A DNA stretch of 64,000 bases from Kiritimatiellia bacterium (GCA_040767085.1 JAXGPF010000009.1:96001-160000); one strand, 5' to 3'. Numbered from the stretch's first letter, positions 28,409-39,725 are shown. The notes: generated from the sequence alone by a model not told the origin. A program made the numbers and translations.

Positions 28409-30469
28409 ATGTATTTGGCCGAGATACGAATTGACAGTTTTCGATTGTTCGGCACCGATGACCAAGCTCTCGTACTCCCCCTCAAGGCAGGCCTCAACGT
28501 GCTAGTTGGTGAGAACGATGCCGGTAAGACTGCGGTGATCGACGCCATTCGGTTGGCGCTCGGTACGACGAGTCAAGAGTTCCTTCGGGTCGAAAATGAC
28601 GACTTCAACCTCGCAGGAGGTAAACAGGCCTCCGAATTCACAATTCGCTGCAAGTTCGCGGACCTTGACAGGGAGACCGGAGGTTCCCTTTTGGAGCACC
28701 TCTCGTATGAGGACGGGAAGCCTTGCCTTTACGTGACGTTCCACGCAACACGCAACGAGGTGGTGAGTCCCCGGCGGCGGATCACCGTGGATGTGCATTC
28801 CGGGAAAGACGGAACCGGGCCACAGATGGATGGGAATGCTCGTCTTCTTCTCCAGGCGACATATCTTCGTCCTCTACGCGACGCCGAGCATGAACTTGCC
28901 GCCGGCAGAAACTCGCGCTTGTCCCAGATTCTCCAGTACACCAAGGAGATCGCAGAACACAAGGATGAAGTGTTCGACCCGGTAACGTTCGTGGATGCAG
29001 TGCGAGCACAAAAAAAGACGGAGTTTCCCAAGAGCATCGCCAACGTCTCACGTCTTACCGACCACTTAATCCAAGAGAACGAGGGCGTTAAGCAGGCCAG
29101 TACCCGCTTGGACAGCAGTTATCTCGTGAATCTCAATTTAGGTGGCGATAGTCTGGGGAACAGAGTCTCCGTGGGAAATGAAGCGACCGCAGATCAAAGA
29201 ATCCGGGCGGTTTTGGAGAAGCTTGATCTGCGGCTCTGCACAGTCGGCGACACCTCTGGACAACTTCCCCACGGTCTAGGCTACAACAACCTGCTATTCA
29301 TGGCCTGCGAGCTCCTTCTCCTGGGGCAGGATCGCGATACGCTACCACTTCTGCTTATCGAGGAACCGGAGGCACATCTGCATCCGCAGTTACAGTTGCG
29401 GTTGGTAGAATTCCTCCAAGAACAGGCCGACAGTACGGACGAAAGGCAAGTGCAAGTCATCATTACCACGCACAGCCCGAACCTGACATCGAAGGTGAAA
29501 CTGGCCAGCATGGTTCTCGTGTGCAAGGGTCGGGCGTTTCCGATGGGACCGGAATATACGCTGCTTTCCGAGACAGACTACCGGTTTTTGGAGCGCTTCC
29601 TCGACGTTACTAAAGCCAATCTTTTTTTCGCCCGCGGCGTCCTGATCGTTGAAGGCGATGCCGAGGCTTTGCTCCTACCCACACTTGCCCACCTTCTTGG
29701 GCGGGACCTAACCCGATACGGTGTGTCGATTGTGAATGTGGGCAGTCGCGGCCTGCGTCGCTACGCGCGAATCTTCCGCCGCCGGGCGCTTATGGATCAC
29801 AAACAGGCGCCAACTATCCCGATCCGAGTGGCATGTCTTGCGGATCGAGACATTATGCCGGATTGTGCCAGAGAAGCTTTTGGCATGAAGGATGACGGAG
29901 AAGGGCAAATCAAACGCCAGACTGGCCCAAAGTTTGAAGCTGACCTGCGCGATGACGCCGCACGTGACAGTTGGGTCAAAGCAAGGTCTCGCGACGATGG
30001 CGAAAACGTGCGAACATTTGTGTCGGACCATTGGACACTAGAATACGACCTTGCCCATGCCGGCCTCCGTTGCAGTCTGTGGAAAGCCGTTGCATTGGCG
30101 AAGGACGAGGCACGGCAGGACGCAAAGCACGGAACAACGCCTACGGACAAAGGCTCGGAGGTGCTTCAGGCGGCCGAGACATCCTGGCAGAAACTGAAAG
30201 CCAGCGTCGAAGACCGGATCGACGCACGTGAGTACCTTGCTTGCAAGGCATACAAACCTCTCTTGGACGACGTTTCGAAGCCGACAACCGCACAGCATCT
30301 GGCTTCCTTGTTGGATGTACGCTATGGCCCAAATGGCAAGCCGGAAGATCGAGACAAGTTCATCGGACTTGTTCCTGGTTACATTCTTGATGCAGTCGAT
30401 TATGTGACCGGGGGCGATCACGCGCCTGGGAAAGCCAAAAGGACCACGTGCACAGAGGATACCGTTTGA
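28409..30469 (+). CDS. OLD-family ATP-dependent nuclease (GajA-like) #2
   Basis: GENDAGKT, YLRPLRDA, GLGYNN, IEEPEAHLHPQ, TTHSP, LFFARGVLIVEGDAE, ADRD. Confidence 0.92.
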   Translation: MYLAEIRIDSFRLFGTDDQALVLPLKAGLNVLVGENDAGKTAVIDAIRLALGTTSQEFLRVENDDFNLAGGKQASEFTIRCKFADLDRETGGSLLEHLSYEDGKPCLYVTFHATRNEVVSPRRRITVDVHSGKDGTGPQMDGNARLLLQATYLRPLRDAEHELAAGRNSRLSQILQYTKEIAEHKDEVFDPVTFVDAVRAQKKTEFPKSIANVSRLTDHLIQENEGVKQASTRLDSSYLVNLNLGGDSLGNRVSVGNEATADQRIRAVLEKLDLRLCTVGDTSGQLPHGLGYNNLLFMACELLLLGQDRDTLPLLLIEEPEAHLHPQLQLRLVEFLQEQADSTDERQVQVIITTHSPNLTSKVKLASMVLVCKGRAFPMGPEYTLLSETDYRFLERFLDVTKANLFFARGVLIVEGDAEALLLPTLAHLLGRDLTRYGVSIVNVGSRGLRRYARIFRRRALMDHKQAPTIPIRVACLADRDIMPDCAREAFGMKDDGEGQIKRQTGPKFEADLRDDAARDSWVKARSRDDGENVRTFVSDHWTLEYDLAHAGLRCSLWKAVALAKDEARQDAKHGTTPTDKGSEVLQAAETSWQKLKASVEDRIDAREYLACKAYKPLLDDVSKPTTAQHLASLLDVRYGPNGKPEDRDKFIGLVPGYILDAVDYVTGGDHAPGKAKRTTCTEDTV

Positions 30470-30477
30470 CCGTGAGA

Positions 30478-32532
30478 ATGACCCGGCACAACCTGACCGA
30501 CTATATCCCCGAGGTCACTGACGCCGATATCGACGTGGCTCAGCGGTATTTTGGCGTTTCGTTCGACGCTGCCAGACGAGATGTCTTACGGTCGCACGAG
30601 AGCTTCGATGTTCAGGCCTGCCCCGGCAGTGGGAAGACAACATTGCTGGTGGCGAAGTTGGCGATATTGGCGGAGAAGTGGCCGCATACACGACGCGGCA
30701 TCTGTGTTCTCTCCCACACAAACGTGGCACGACTGGAAATTGAGAAGAAACTCGCGGGGGTAGCAACCGGGCAACTACTGCTTGCATATCCGCACTTTGT
30801 TGGCACGATCCACAGCTTCGTAAACGATTTTCTTGCGCTTCCCCGTCTGCGTTCGGAGGGACAGTCCATACGCTTAATCGACGACGATGCATGCGGAGAG
30901 TTCTGTCGCCGTCTGCTCTACTCGAACTGTGCCTATACAACGGCAAAACAGTTCCTCGCCCAAAAGGAACAGCATACCCCGGACCGGACCGTACGTGCTC
31001 TGAGATGTGAGGGAATGGACCTCACCCTGTGTTCCGCAGCAGGAAAGTTGCCTTGCGGGCCGTCATCAGAGAGCTACCGAATCCTTTCGGAGATCAAACA
31101 GAAAGCCTCTGGCCGTGGTCTTTGGCGCTTCGACGACATGTTTGCTTGGGCGGAAAGGCTGCTGGCGAAACACCCTGAGGTCGCGGAGTTTGCGCGTTGG
31201 CGCTTCCCTGTCGTCTTTCTCGATGAGATGCAGGACACGTCGGAACTCCAAGGACACTTGCTGGCCAACGTTTTCCCTGTCACCGCGTGCGGTCTTCGTC
31301 AGCGATTTGGCGATTCCAATCAAGCCATCTTCGACTATGGCGGGTCAAGGGCCGAGACAGATCCGTTTCCGGGAGAGACTGTCCGATCAATCCCCAATAG
31401 CCAACGGTTCGGCCCGATGATCGCCGCGAAGGCGGATCCCTTAGCACCTAACCCTCCTCATCCGGCGCTCTTGGGGGAAGGGCCGCGGCAGAATCTTTTC
31501 TCTGTCGCTATCGACACCACTCGCATGCAACACACGATTTTTCTGTTCGCCGCCGATTCGGCGAATCGCGTGCTTCCTGCTTTCGGTAAGCTCCTCCTGG
31601 AAACCTTCCCCGACGAAGTTCTGCGCTCCGAGGCATTCGTAGCGCGGGCGATTGGCCGAGTCGGGAAGTCTGACACGGATGGCAGCAAGCTTCCCAGGCA
31701 CTTAGGCGATTACTGGGTGGACTATGAACCGCGCTCGGCGAAACTGGAAGTGCGGCCTTCAAAGCTGGCTGATTACGTGCACCTTGCTCAGAGAAAGCGC
31801 GTTAACGCAATTGATTGTGCTGAGTCGGTGAAGATTGCGTTCAAGGGGATATGCGGATTGGTTGATGTTATCGCACCCGACACTGTCTCTGCTGGTGGGC
31901 AATCGATTCGGTGGCTGTGGGATGCACTCGGGGTAAACGAGGCAGCGGCAAGTATTCTTCGCAATCTTGTATGGGATTGGTGTATCGACTTGGTAACCAT
32001 TAGTGAACGGGACTGGGCCAACCAGATCGCCAGAGTCCGCAGTGCGCTCCGACCTGTCATCGCGGAACAATGGAACGGAGAAGCAGAGACGTTTTGCCAG
32101 TGGTCTACGGAGTTCGCCGGGCCAGCGAAATCCGAAGGGCACCAGACTCATACGATACCCAATCGCTATCGGTTTACCCATGGCGGGCGTTTCGTAGACA
32201 TCGATGTCGGCACGATCCACAGTGCGAAGGGCCAGACGCACACCGCGACACTACTTATGGAAACTTATTTTAAGAAGCATGACATGGAGGATCTACTCCG
32301 GTGGATCTCCGGAGAGATGTGCGGTGCCACTTCCGAAACGGGGAAGGAACGACCGGAGCGGATGCGCCTTGTCTACACCGCCATGACCCGCCCAAGCCAT
32401 CTTCTCTGTCTTGCAATGCGAAAAACTATGATCGAACAAATAAACACGGAAAGCGAAACTCGGCATCGGCTTACGAAACGCGAATGGACGCTGATTGATC
32501 TAGACTCCTCCAAAGGAGACCCTAATGGCTAA
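30478..32532 (+). CDS. UvrD-like helicase (GajB-like) #2
   Basis: ACPGSGKT, LSHTN, GTIHSF, LDEMQDT, GDSNQAI, TIHSAKGQTH, YTAMTRP. Start may be TTG at 30466. Confidence 0.9.
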   Translation: MTRHNLTDYIPEVTDADIDVAQRYFGVSFDAARRDVLRSHESFDVQACPGSGKTTLLVAKLAILAEKWPHTRRGICVLSHTNVARLEIEKKLAGVATGQLLLAYPHFVGTIHSFVNDFLALPRLRSEGQSIRLIDDDACGEFCRRLLYSNCAYTTAKQFLAQKEQHTPDRTVRALRCEGMDLTLCSAAGKLPCGPSSESYRILSEIKQKASGRGLWRFDDMFAWAERLLAKHPEVAEFARWRFPVVFLDEMQDTSELQGHLLANVFPVTACGLRQRFGDSNQAIFDYGGSRAETDPFPGETVRSIPNSQRFGPMIAAKADPLAPNPPHPALLGEGPRQNLFSVAIDTTRMQHTIFLFAADSANRVLPAFGKLLLETFPDEVLRSEAFVARAIGRVGKSDTDGSKLPRHLGDYWVDYEPRSAKLEVRPSKLADYVHLAQRKRVNAIDCAESVKIAFKGICGLVDVIAPDTVSAGGQSIRWLWDALGVNEAAASILRNLVWDWCIDLVTISERDWANQIARVRSALRPVIAEQWNGEAETFCQWSTEFAGPAKSEGHQTHTIPNRYRFTHGGRFVDIDVGTIHSAKGQTHTATLLMETYFKKHDMEDLLRWISGEMCGATSETGKERPERMRLVYTAMTRPSHLLCLAMRKTMIEQINTESETRHRLTKREWTLIDLDSSKGDPNG

Positions 32533-34233
32533 ATCTGAAACACCTGTAGAAGAATTGGTTGGAATGATCGAGCGCGGCGAACTGCGCTTACCCGAAATGC
32601 AGCGCCGGTACGTCTGGCGCTCAACCAGAGTGCGAGATTTGCTCGATTCACTCTATCGCGGCTATCCGTCCGGTGCAATCCTCCTTTGGGAGACCGACGA
32701 GACAGTGCCGTTGCAGGAGATGGCTGTCACTCAGCAGAAGAATCCCTATCAGAGCACAAAGTTGTTGCTCGACGGCCAGCAACGGCTCACCTCTCTACTT
32801 GCGGTGGTCCATGGTTCGCCGGTTACGGTACGTGGAAGACGAAGACCCATCGAATTGCTCTTTAACTTGGAACACCCGGACCAGTTGTCCGTCGTGACCG
32901 AAGTCAACGAGGACAATGACGACGACGATGACCTGATCGAGGACGAGCAGGATTCATCCGAAGACGAACTGCAGAAACGTTTTAACAAGATGACATTTGT
33001 GGTGACCACCAAGAAATTGGAGCAGCTTCCCCAGTGGGTGAAGGTCACAGATGTGTTCAAGACCGACAGCGACTCCATTTTTCTCAAACGAGCAGGCGTC
33101 AACAACTTAGATGATCCGCGATGTGAGAAATATAGCCAGCGCCTGGCTCGCCTGCGCAGCATCCGCAAATACGCCTATCACGTAGACGTTTTGGAAAGAG
33201 GGTTGTCCTACGCCGAAGTAACGGAAATATTCGTCCGCGTTAACTCCTTAGGCGCCAAGCTCCGCAGTTCTGATCTTGCGCTCGCCCAGATTACAGCGAA
33301 GTGGCGGAACTCTCTTAAGATCTTTCAAGCGTTCCAGACGCAATGCGCAAAACTTGGTTTCGACCTCGACCTTGGCATTTATATTAAGAATTTGATTGTC
33401 TTTGCCACCGGCCAGTCACGATTTCTGACCGTGGGTGGGCTCTCTCTTGAAATCTTGCAGGAGAGTTGGAAAAAATGCTGTGAGGGTATAGAATTCGCGC
33501 TCAACTTTCTGAAGTCCAACGCGGGGATCGACAGTCCGGCGTTGCTCTCTTCTCCATTCATGGCTGTGACACTGGCTTTTTATGGTCAACGATGCGACTA
33601 TCAGATCGCACCGGAGGAGGCTGAACGTTTGCGCTACTGGGTGTTGGTAGCCAACGCAAAGGGCCGCTATTCGCGCGGTTCAAGCGAAACGCTCCTCGAT
33701 CAAGATCTCACAACGTTGAAACAAAGCGGCGGCGCAGCAGCACTCATTGACCGGCTGCGTCTGCAAGTAGGTCGTCTCGACATCGCCCCGGACGAGTTAG
33801 TGGGTCGCAACCAGCGAAGCGCCTTGTTCAAGACCATGTTCCTTGCATTCCGTGCTGCTGGTGCCAAGGACTGGCGCTCAAACCTGTCCATCTCTCTCGA
33901 TCATTCCGGTTCACACCATCGTTTGCAGTTCCACCATATCTTCCCTAAGGCCTTACTCAAAAGTTCATACACCGGCCGGGAGGCAGACGACATCGCAAAC
34001 CTGTGTTTCATTTCTGGCAAGACCAACCGTCAGATCAGCAATAAGCCTCCAGTCAATATTTCCAGCCCCTGATCGACAAAGGCGGCCTCGTGGCGTTCGA
34101 GGCCCAAAGCATTCCGACAGATTCCGCCCTCCTGGATATTAACGGCTACAAGGCCTTCTTGGTCAAGAGGCGGGAGTCAATAGCGGCACGACTTAACGGA
34201 TTTCTCGGGCAAACAACCCATGGCAGACTGTAA
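32525..34233 (+). CDS. GmrSD-family (DUF262 + HNH-like DUF1524) type IV restriction endonuclease, frameshifted near C-terminus
   Basis: LPEMQRRYVW, LDGQQRLT, IFVRVNS, HHIFP...NL..ISGKTN. The ORF stops at 34072, but a typical tail (QYFQPLID...YKAFLVKRR...LNGFL) continues in another frame to TAA at 34233. Confidence 0.85.
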
Positions 34234-34396
34234 ACCATATGCGGCGTATCTGAACATGCTCGTCAAGAGCCTTTGGGATTATCAGCAGAATTATATTCTG
34301 GATGCGATGTCCCTTCTCGATAGGCCATTCGCTCAAGGTAAGCGTCCGGCCGGGCGCCTTCTATGCAGGGCCGCCGGGATGTGATAAACCGGCGGC

Positions 34397-34741
34397 ATGA
34401 AGACCAAACAATGCGGAGGCAGACGGGGGCGTGCGCTGCGGACAGCGGCGCAACGGCAGGAACTGGTTCAGGCATGGCGGGCGGCGGGCGTTACGCAGGC
34501 GAAGTATTGCGCCCGACACGGCATCCACCCCACCACATTCAGCACATGGTGCCGCAAGGCGCCCCAAGCAACTGGCGGCGGCCAGACCAAGGCTGGCGTT
34601 AAATTCGCGGAGTTCAAGATGGCTCTCGGCGGGATGGCGCCGATTGAGGTGGTGTTGCCCAATCGCGTGACGATCCGGCTGCGTGACGCGGGCTTGTGCC
34701 GGGAACTGCTGCCGGTGCTGCGCGGGGAAGTGTCATGTTGA
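34397..34741 (+). CDS. tnpA: IS66 accessory protein TnpA
   Basis: HTH QAKYCARHGIHPTTFSTW, C-terminal IEVVLPN. Confidence 0.85.
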   Translation: MKTKQCGGRRGRALRTAAQRQELVQAWRAAGVTQAKYCARHGIHPTTFSTWCRKAPQATGGGQTKAGVKFAEFKMALGGMAPIEVVLPNRVTIRLRDAGLCRELLPVLRGEVSC

Positions 34742-35085
34742 ACTTCACCGGGGCATTGAAAGTGTTTGTGGCGGTGCAGCCGGCGGACTTGCGCAAGAGC
34801 TTTTCCGGGTTATATGCGCTGACGGCGAATGTGTTGAACGAGCGGCCGGATTCGGGCGGATTGTTCGTGTTCACCAATCAGCGGCGGAACCGGGTGAAGG
34901 CGCTGTATTGGGACGGGACGGGATTTTGGGTTATGACCAAGCGGTTGGAGCGCGGGACGTTTTCCTGGCCGGCGGTGGTTGGTGAGCATAGCGGCAAGCT
35001 GGAGTTGCGTCCGGAAGCGTTGGCGCTGTTACTGGATGGGGTGGATTTGCGGGAGGGCCGGCTGCGCCCCTGGTACCAGCGGTAA
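34735..35085 (+). CDS. tnpB: IS66 accessory protein TnpB
   Basis: PADLRKSFSGL, FVFTN..RNRVKALYWDGTG..KRLERGTF. Confidence 0.92.
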   Translation: MLNFTGALKVFVAVQPADLRKSFSGLYALTANVLNERPDSGGLFVFTNQRRNRVKALYWDGTGFWVMTKRLERGTFSWPAVVGEHSGKLELRPEALALLLDGVDLREGRLRPWYQR

Positions 35086-35179
35086 AACGCAAAAATAATT
35101 TCACGCGCTGCAAGAATTTGCTTTTTATTCATGCGTCCATGCCCATATAATATGGGGCATGCAAACGCCTGAAAAAGAG

Positions 35180-38100
35180 ATGAAAACACCTGGCTCCCTA
35201 ACCAGAATTTGTGGGTAAAAAACAGGTTTTTAAAGTTTAAAGAAGTTCTCCAAGCAATGGCGCCCAAAAGATGGTGGAATTATTAACAGCCTGCGCTTTG
35301 GGCGTTTGGCGGCCCCGCAACAGCCTGATTATGCTCTGATTGGCGCGATGGCGGAACGGAGATAAAGCGGCGGCAAAAAAATGAGCTGGCCTTTCCGTAA
35401 TCCATTGCGTATGCAATGGGTGAACACAAAAAAAGGAGGACCAGCCCAAGGTGAAGCTTAAAACAATGGCTCACTAACCAGAATTTGTAGGTAAAACAGG
35501 TTTTAAAGTTTAAGAAGTTCTCCAAGCAATGGCGCTAAAAGATGGTGGAGTTATTAACAGCCTGCCGCTTTGGGCGTTTTGGCGGCCCCACAACAGCCTG
35601 ATTAATAACTCCTGATTAACGCGATGGCGGAACGGAGATAAAGCGGCGGCAAAAAAATAGGCTGGCCTTTCCGTAATCATTGCGTGGCCACGTGGGTGAA
35701 CACAAAAAAAGGGAGGACCAGCTGGGTAAGAGCTTAAAACAATTTTGAATCGTTTGCAACCTTTGAAACGTTTTATTTATCAGGAAACTTGTATGGTTTT
35801 GGATCATCGCGGCCAATGGAAAGTGGATATAAAGCATTCGTCCGCATCGCCAACGCGCGGCATGCTGCTCGCGTTGCGGGCGACCGCTGGCGACATACGA
35901 CACTCTGCCTGAACGGATATGGGCGTTTGTGCCCATTTTGAATGTGCCGGCTTTTTTGCATTATAGTCCGCGCCGGGTAAATTGCCCCGAACATGGCGTG
36001 GTGGGCGCTGCCTTGGAGCGATGGCAAACGACCCTACAGCAAGGCGCTGATGCTTTTTTGGGGAACTGGGCGCGGAGGTTGTCCTGGAAAGAGACGAGGC
36101 GCTGATTTTAAAGTCAGTTGGCAGGCGGTTTATCGGTCGGTCAGGTGGATGGTGGAATAGGGCTTGGCGCGGCTGAGTCAGCAATAACGGCGATTGGTGT
36201 TGATGAACTCCACGTAGGCAACGGTAAAAAGAGCAGGAGCATACGCGACTGATCTATCAGATTGATGCACCAATGCCGCCGATTGCTCTGGGTCGGCCAA
36301 ACCCGCCGGGCGGCCGCGCTGCGTAAGGGTTGCAATCTTCCGGGAAAACCCGTGCTGGCCGGCATTCGACATATATGTAGCGATATGTGGCGACCTTATC
36401 TGAAAGTCATTGCTGCGAGCCTCAGCCACGGTTGCCACATGATTGACCGCTTCCATGTCGTGCAAACCTTGAATGCCGCCGTGGACGAGGTCCGGCGCCG
36501 GGATATGGCGGCGATGACGGCGCGTCCGGCGGCCAAGCAAGAAACTCAAGAAAATGCGCTGGACCTTGCTGCGCCGCAAAACCGCGTGCGCAGCAAAGCT
36601 CGCGAAATGCTTGATCGGATATTGGGCACAAGACTGCAAACCGGCCGCGCCTATTTGTTCAAGAAAGCTTTCAGCATTTTTGGAGCTATCACAAGCCAAC
36701 CTGGGCGCGTAATTATCTCCAGGCATGGGTCAAGCGCGCCTGTCGTAGCCGCATTGCGCCAATCATTAAGGCGGCTAAAACCATTGCTAAACACGAGGAG
36801 CTGCTTTTGAACTGGATCAGAGCCCAGAAACGAGGTTTTTACTGCCGGCCGCAACCGAGGGCTTGAACAAGCGAAGCTCAGTGGTTACCAAACGATCTTA
36901 TGGCTTCAGAACTTTTCGGCGCGGAAATGGCTATATCGCTTTTACCGGGCAATTGCCAGGCGGTAATCACCCACAAATTCTGGTGAAACAAAACACTGAT
37001 TGAACTGCTTGAGCGCTACAAAAACAGCTTCAGGCGTTGCAAGATCAGGACCAGGCGTTGCGGATCGAGAACAAGCTGCTGCATGCTGAAGGTACAGTTT
37101 TTACTGAAGCGGATGTTCGGGCGCAAGAGCGAGAAGATAGACCCGCGGCAACTGGAATTGTTGTTGCAAGGGTTGGCAGTGGAAGAGACGCCGCCGGAAG
37201 ATGATCCGCCGCCCAGTCCCCCGAGTCCGCCGCGCGCGCCGCGCGAAAAGAACAAGCCGCGGATGCCCGCGGATTTGCCGGTGGAAGAAGAAGTCATTAT
37301 TCCGGAAGCCGTGGAACAGAATCTCGCGAAGGCTTACAAGTGTATCGGCGAAGAAGTCACAGAGGAACTGGATGTTGACCCGGCGCGGTATTTCCAGAAA
37401 CGCGGATCATTCGCCGCAAGTATGTCCGCAAAGACCGCGCGGAGCAGGCGCCGATCATTGCGCCGCTGAAGCCGCGTCTGATAGAAGGCAGCTATGCCAG
37501 CGTGGGATTGGTGACGGACATCATTTTGAAGAAATACGTGGATCACCTGCCGCTATACCGGCAGGAACGCATTTTAAAGACCCGGCACGGGATAGACTTG
37601 TCGCGGAAAACAATGTGCGACTGGGTGGGTAAGACCGCGGTTTTGTTGGGGCATTTTGCAGCATGTCCGCACGGGCTTGAAAAGCAGCGGATATTTGCAA
37701 ATAGACGAAACGCCGGTGCGATATTGCCGGGATGATGGCGGCGGCGGCGGCCAGGATACTTATGGGCGTATCATCATCGGTGAAGATGTGTTATTTGAAT
37801 GGCATACCAGCCGGAGCGCGGGATTGTTTGGAGCGGATGCTGCAGGTAATTTCAGCGGCACGGCGCAGAGCGGCGGATATGCGCTGCCCGGCTTTCGCGA
37901 AACAACCGGATTGTGTTGGCAGGCTGCTGGGCGCATGCGCAGCGCAAATTCAAGGATGCCGTAGAAGAAACGCCTGGGATGGCGGTGGATTGCTTGAATC
38001 AGATAGGCTTGTTATATGACATTGAAGCCGGTTTGCGTAATCCGGAGTATGCGCGCATTTGCGGCAGGTGGCCCGGAGTGCCGCCAGCCGGATGATTTTG

Positions 38101-38499
38101 GCGCGGATACAAAAAGCTTTGCGCCAGAAAATGCCGGCATATCTGCCGCAAAGCCGGATGGGGCTGGCAATCGGTTATGCGTTGTCCCGCTGGGAACAAC
38201 TGGAACGTTACATGCATGACGGCCGGATTGAAATAGACAACAACCTGGTGGAAAACGCCATCCGGCCGACGGCGCTGGGTAAAAAAAACTGGTTGTTCTT
38301 CGGCGCGCCGGATGCGGGACAAAGGTCCGCGATCATCTACACGCTGCTGGAAAGCTGCCGTCGGTACGGAATCAACCAGCGGGAATACCTGCTGGATGTG
38401 CTGACCCGCCTGCCGGCTATGAAAATCACTGAGGTGGCGGAACTGACGCCCGCCCGCTGGCAGGCCGCCAGAAAAGCCGCTCAAAATCAAGCGGCATAA
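35180..38499 (+). pseudogene. tnpC: IS66 transposase TnpC, disrupted by ISL3 and multiple frameshifts
   Basis: ATGAAAACAC at 35180, resuming after 36997. Fragments FGRKSEK, KYVDHLPLYRQ, QIDETP, CWAHAQRKF, IDNNLVENAIRP. Confidence 0.88.
35192..36989 (+). mobile_element. Degenerate ISL3 copy preceded by a duplicated ~276 bp left end
   Basis: Reverse-complement homologue of the three intact ISL3 copies. Left IR occurs at 35192 and 35468, right IR ends ~36989; many indels. Confidence 0.88.
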
Positions 38500-38712
38500 T
38501 TATTGCCAATGCAGTTTAACATGGCCGGACCGTTTGTATAGAAGGTGCTGGACCGGACGCTTACCGCTCAGGAGCACTTGGTCCAGTGTTCAAGAAGGTC
38601 GTCTGATCACACCATCCTCTTTCGTCCATGGGCACCAGAGCAAGAATGTCGTGCCCTTCTGAGCCTTATCAGTAATGAAAGCCGACACAGGTGGTTTTCG
38701 GCGCATGAAGGC

Positions 38713-39522
38713 GTAAGCGTCCGATCGAGCACCCCCTATGCAGGTCCGCCGGGATGTGATAGACCGGCGGCATGAAAACCAAACAACGCGCAGGTAGACG
38801 GAGCCGGGTGCTGCGGACAGCGGCGCAACGGCAGGAACTGGTTCAGGCATGGCGGGCGGCGGGCGTTACCCAGGCGCAGTATTGCGCCCGACACGGCATC
38901 CACCCCACCACATTCAGCACATGGTGCCGCAAGGCGCCCAATGCAACTGGCGGCGGCCAGACCAAACCTGGCGTTAAATTCGCGGAGTTCAAGATGGCTC
39001 TCAGCGGGATGGCGCCGGTTGAGGTGGTGTTGCCCAATCGTGTGACGATACGGCTGCGTGACGCGGGCTTGTGCCGGGAACTGCTGGCAGTGCTGCGCGG
39101 GGAAGTGTCATGTTGAACTTCACCGGGGACTTGAAAGCGTTTGTGGCGGTGCAGCCGGCGGACTTGCGCAAGAGCTTTTCCGGGTTATATGCGCTGACGG
39201 CGAATGTGTTGAACGAGCGGCCGGATTCGGGCGGATTGTTCGTGTTCACCAATCAGCATCGGAACCGAGTGAAGGCGCTGTATTGGGACGGGACGGGATT
39301 TTGGGTTATGACCAAGCGGTTGGAGCGCGGGACGTTTTCCTGGCCGGCAGTGGTTGGTGAACATAGCGGCAAGTTGGAGTTGCGTCCGGAAGCATTGTCA
39401 ATGCTGCTGGATGGGGTGGATTTACGTGAAGGCCGGCTGCGTCCCTGGTACCAGCGGTAAAACGCAAAAATAATTTCACTTGCTGCACAAATTTGCTTTT
39501 GTTCATACGTCCATGCCCATAT
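38713..39522 (+). mobile_element. Truncated IS66 (left end, tnpA 38772-39116, tnpB 39110-39460; no tnpC)
   Basis: GTAAGCGTCCG left TIR. Close but non-identical paralogue of 34338-35150; homology ends at GCCCATAT. Confidence 0.9.
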
Positions 39523-39725
39523 GTAGATTCCGGAGCCTGACCACAGCAATTGGATGACAATTAAGGTTTTATAAAGACTTTGCCACCCTAAAAAAAGCTT
39601 ATACGCAATTATTGGCCTGAAAAATCGCTTTTAACTTATTGAATATTGTTCGCGGGCAGATCGAAACCGTCAATTCCGCCCGCCGGGGGATGTTAGGCCA
39701 AACAGACAGGTACGGATGCTTTTCA

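Larger units (their letters stand above)
34338..38564 (+). mobile_element. IS66-family element (tnpA-tnpB-tnpC) interrupted by ISL3
   Basis: TIRs GTAAGCGTCCGG / CCGGACGCTTAC; 8 bp flanks CGCTCAAG / CGCTCAGG (7/8 match). Confidence 0.92.
34220..38712 (+). pseudogene. N-terminal part of a gene split by IS66 and truncated by a second IS66; PGN_0703-like nuclease remnant
   Basis: Removing IS66 rejoins in frame: MADCKPYAAYLNMLVKSLWDYQQ...DRPFAQ|EH...LLSLISNESRHRWF. The family call rests mainly on the RHRWF motif. Confidence 0.5.

Noticed and set aside
16208-34233. Calling the cluster a canonical DISARM or BREX system
   Set aside because: No DUF1998 (DrmB), PglZ, BrxC or BrxL gene was recognised.
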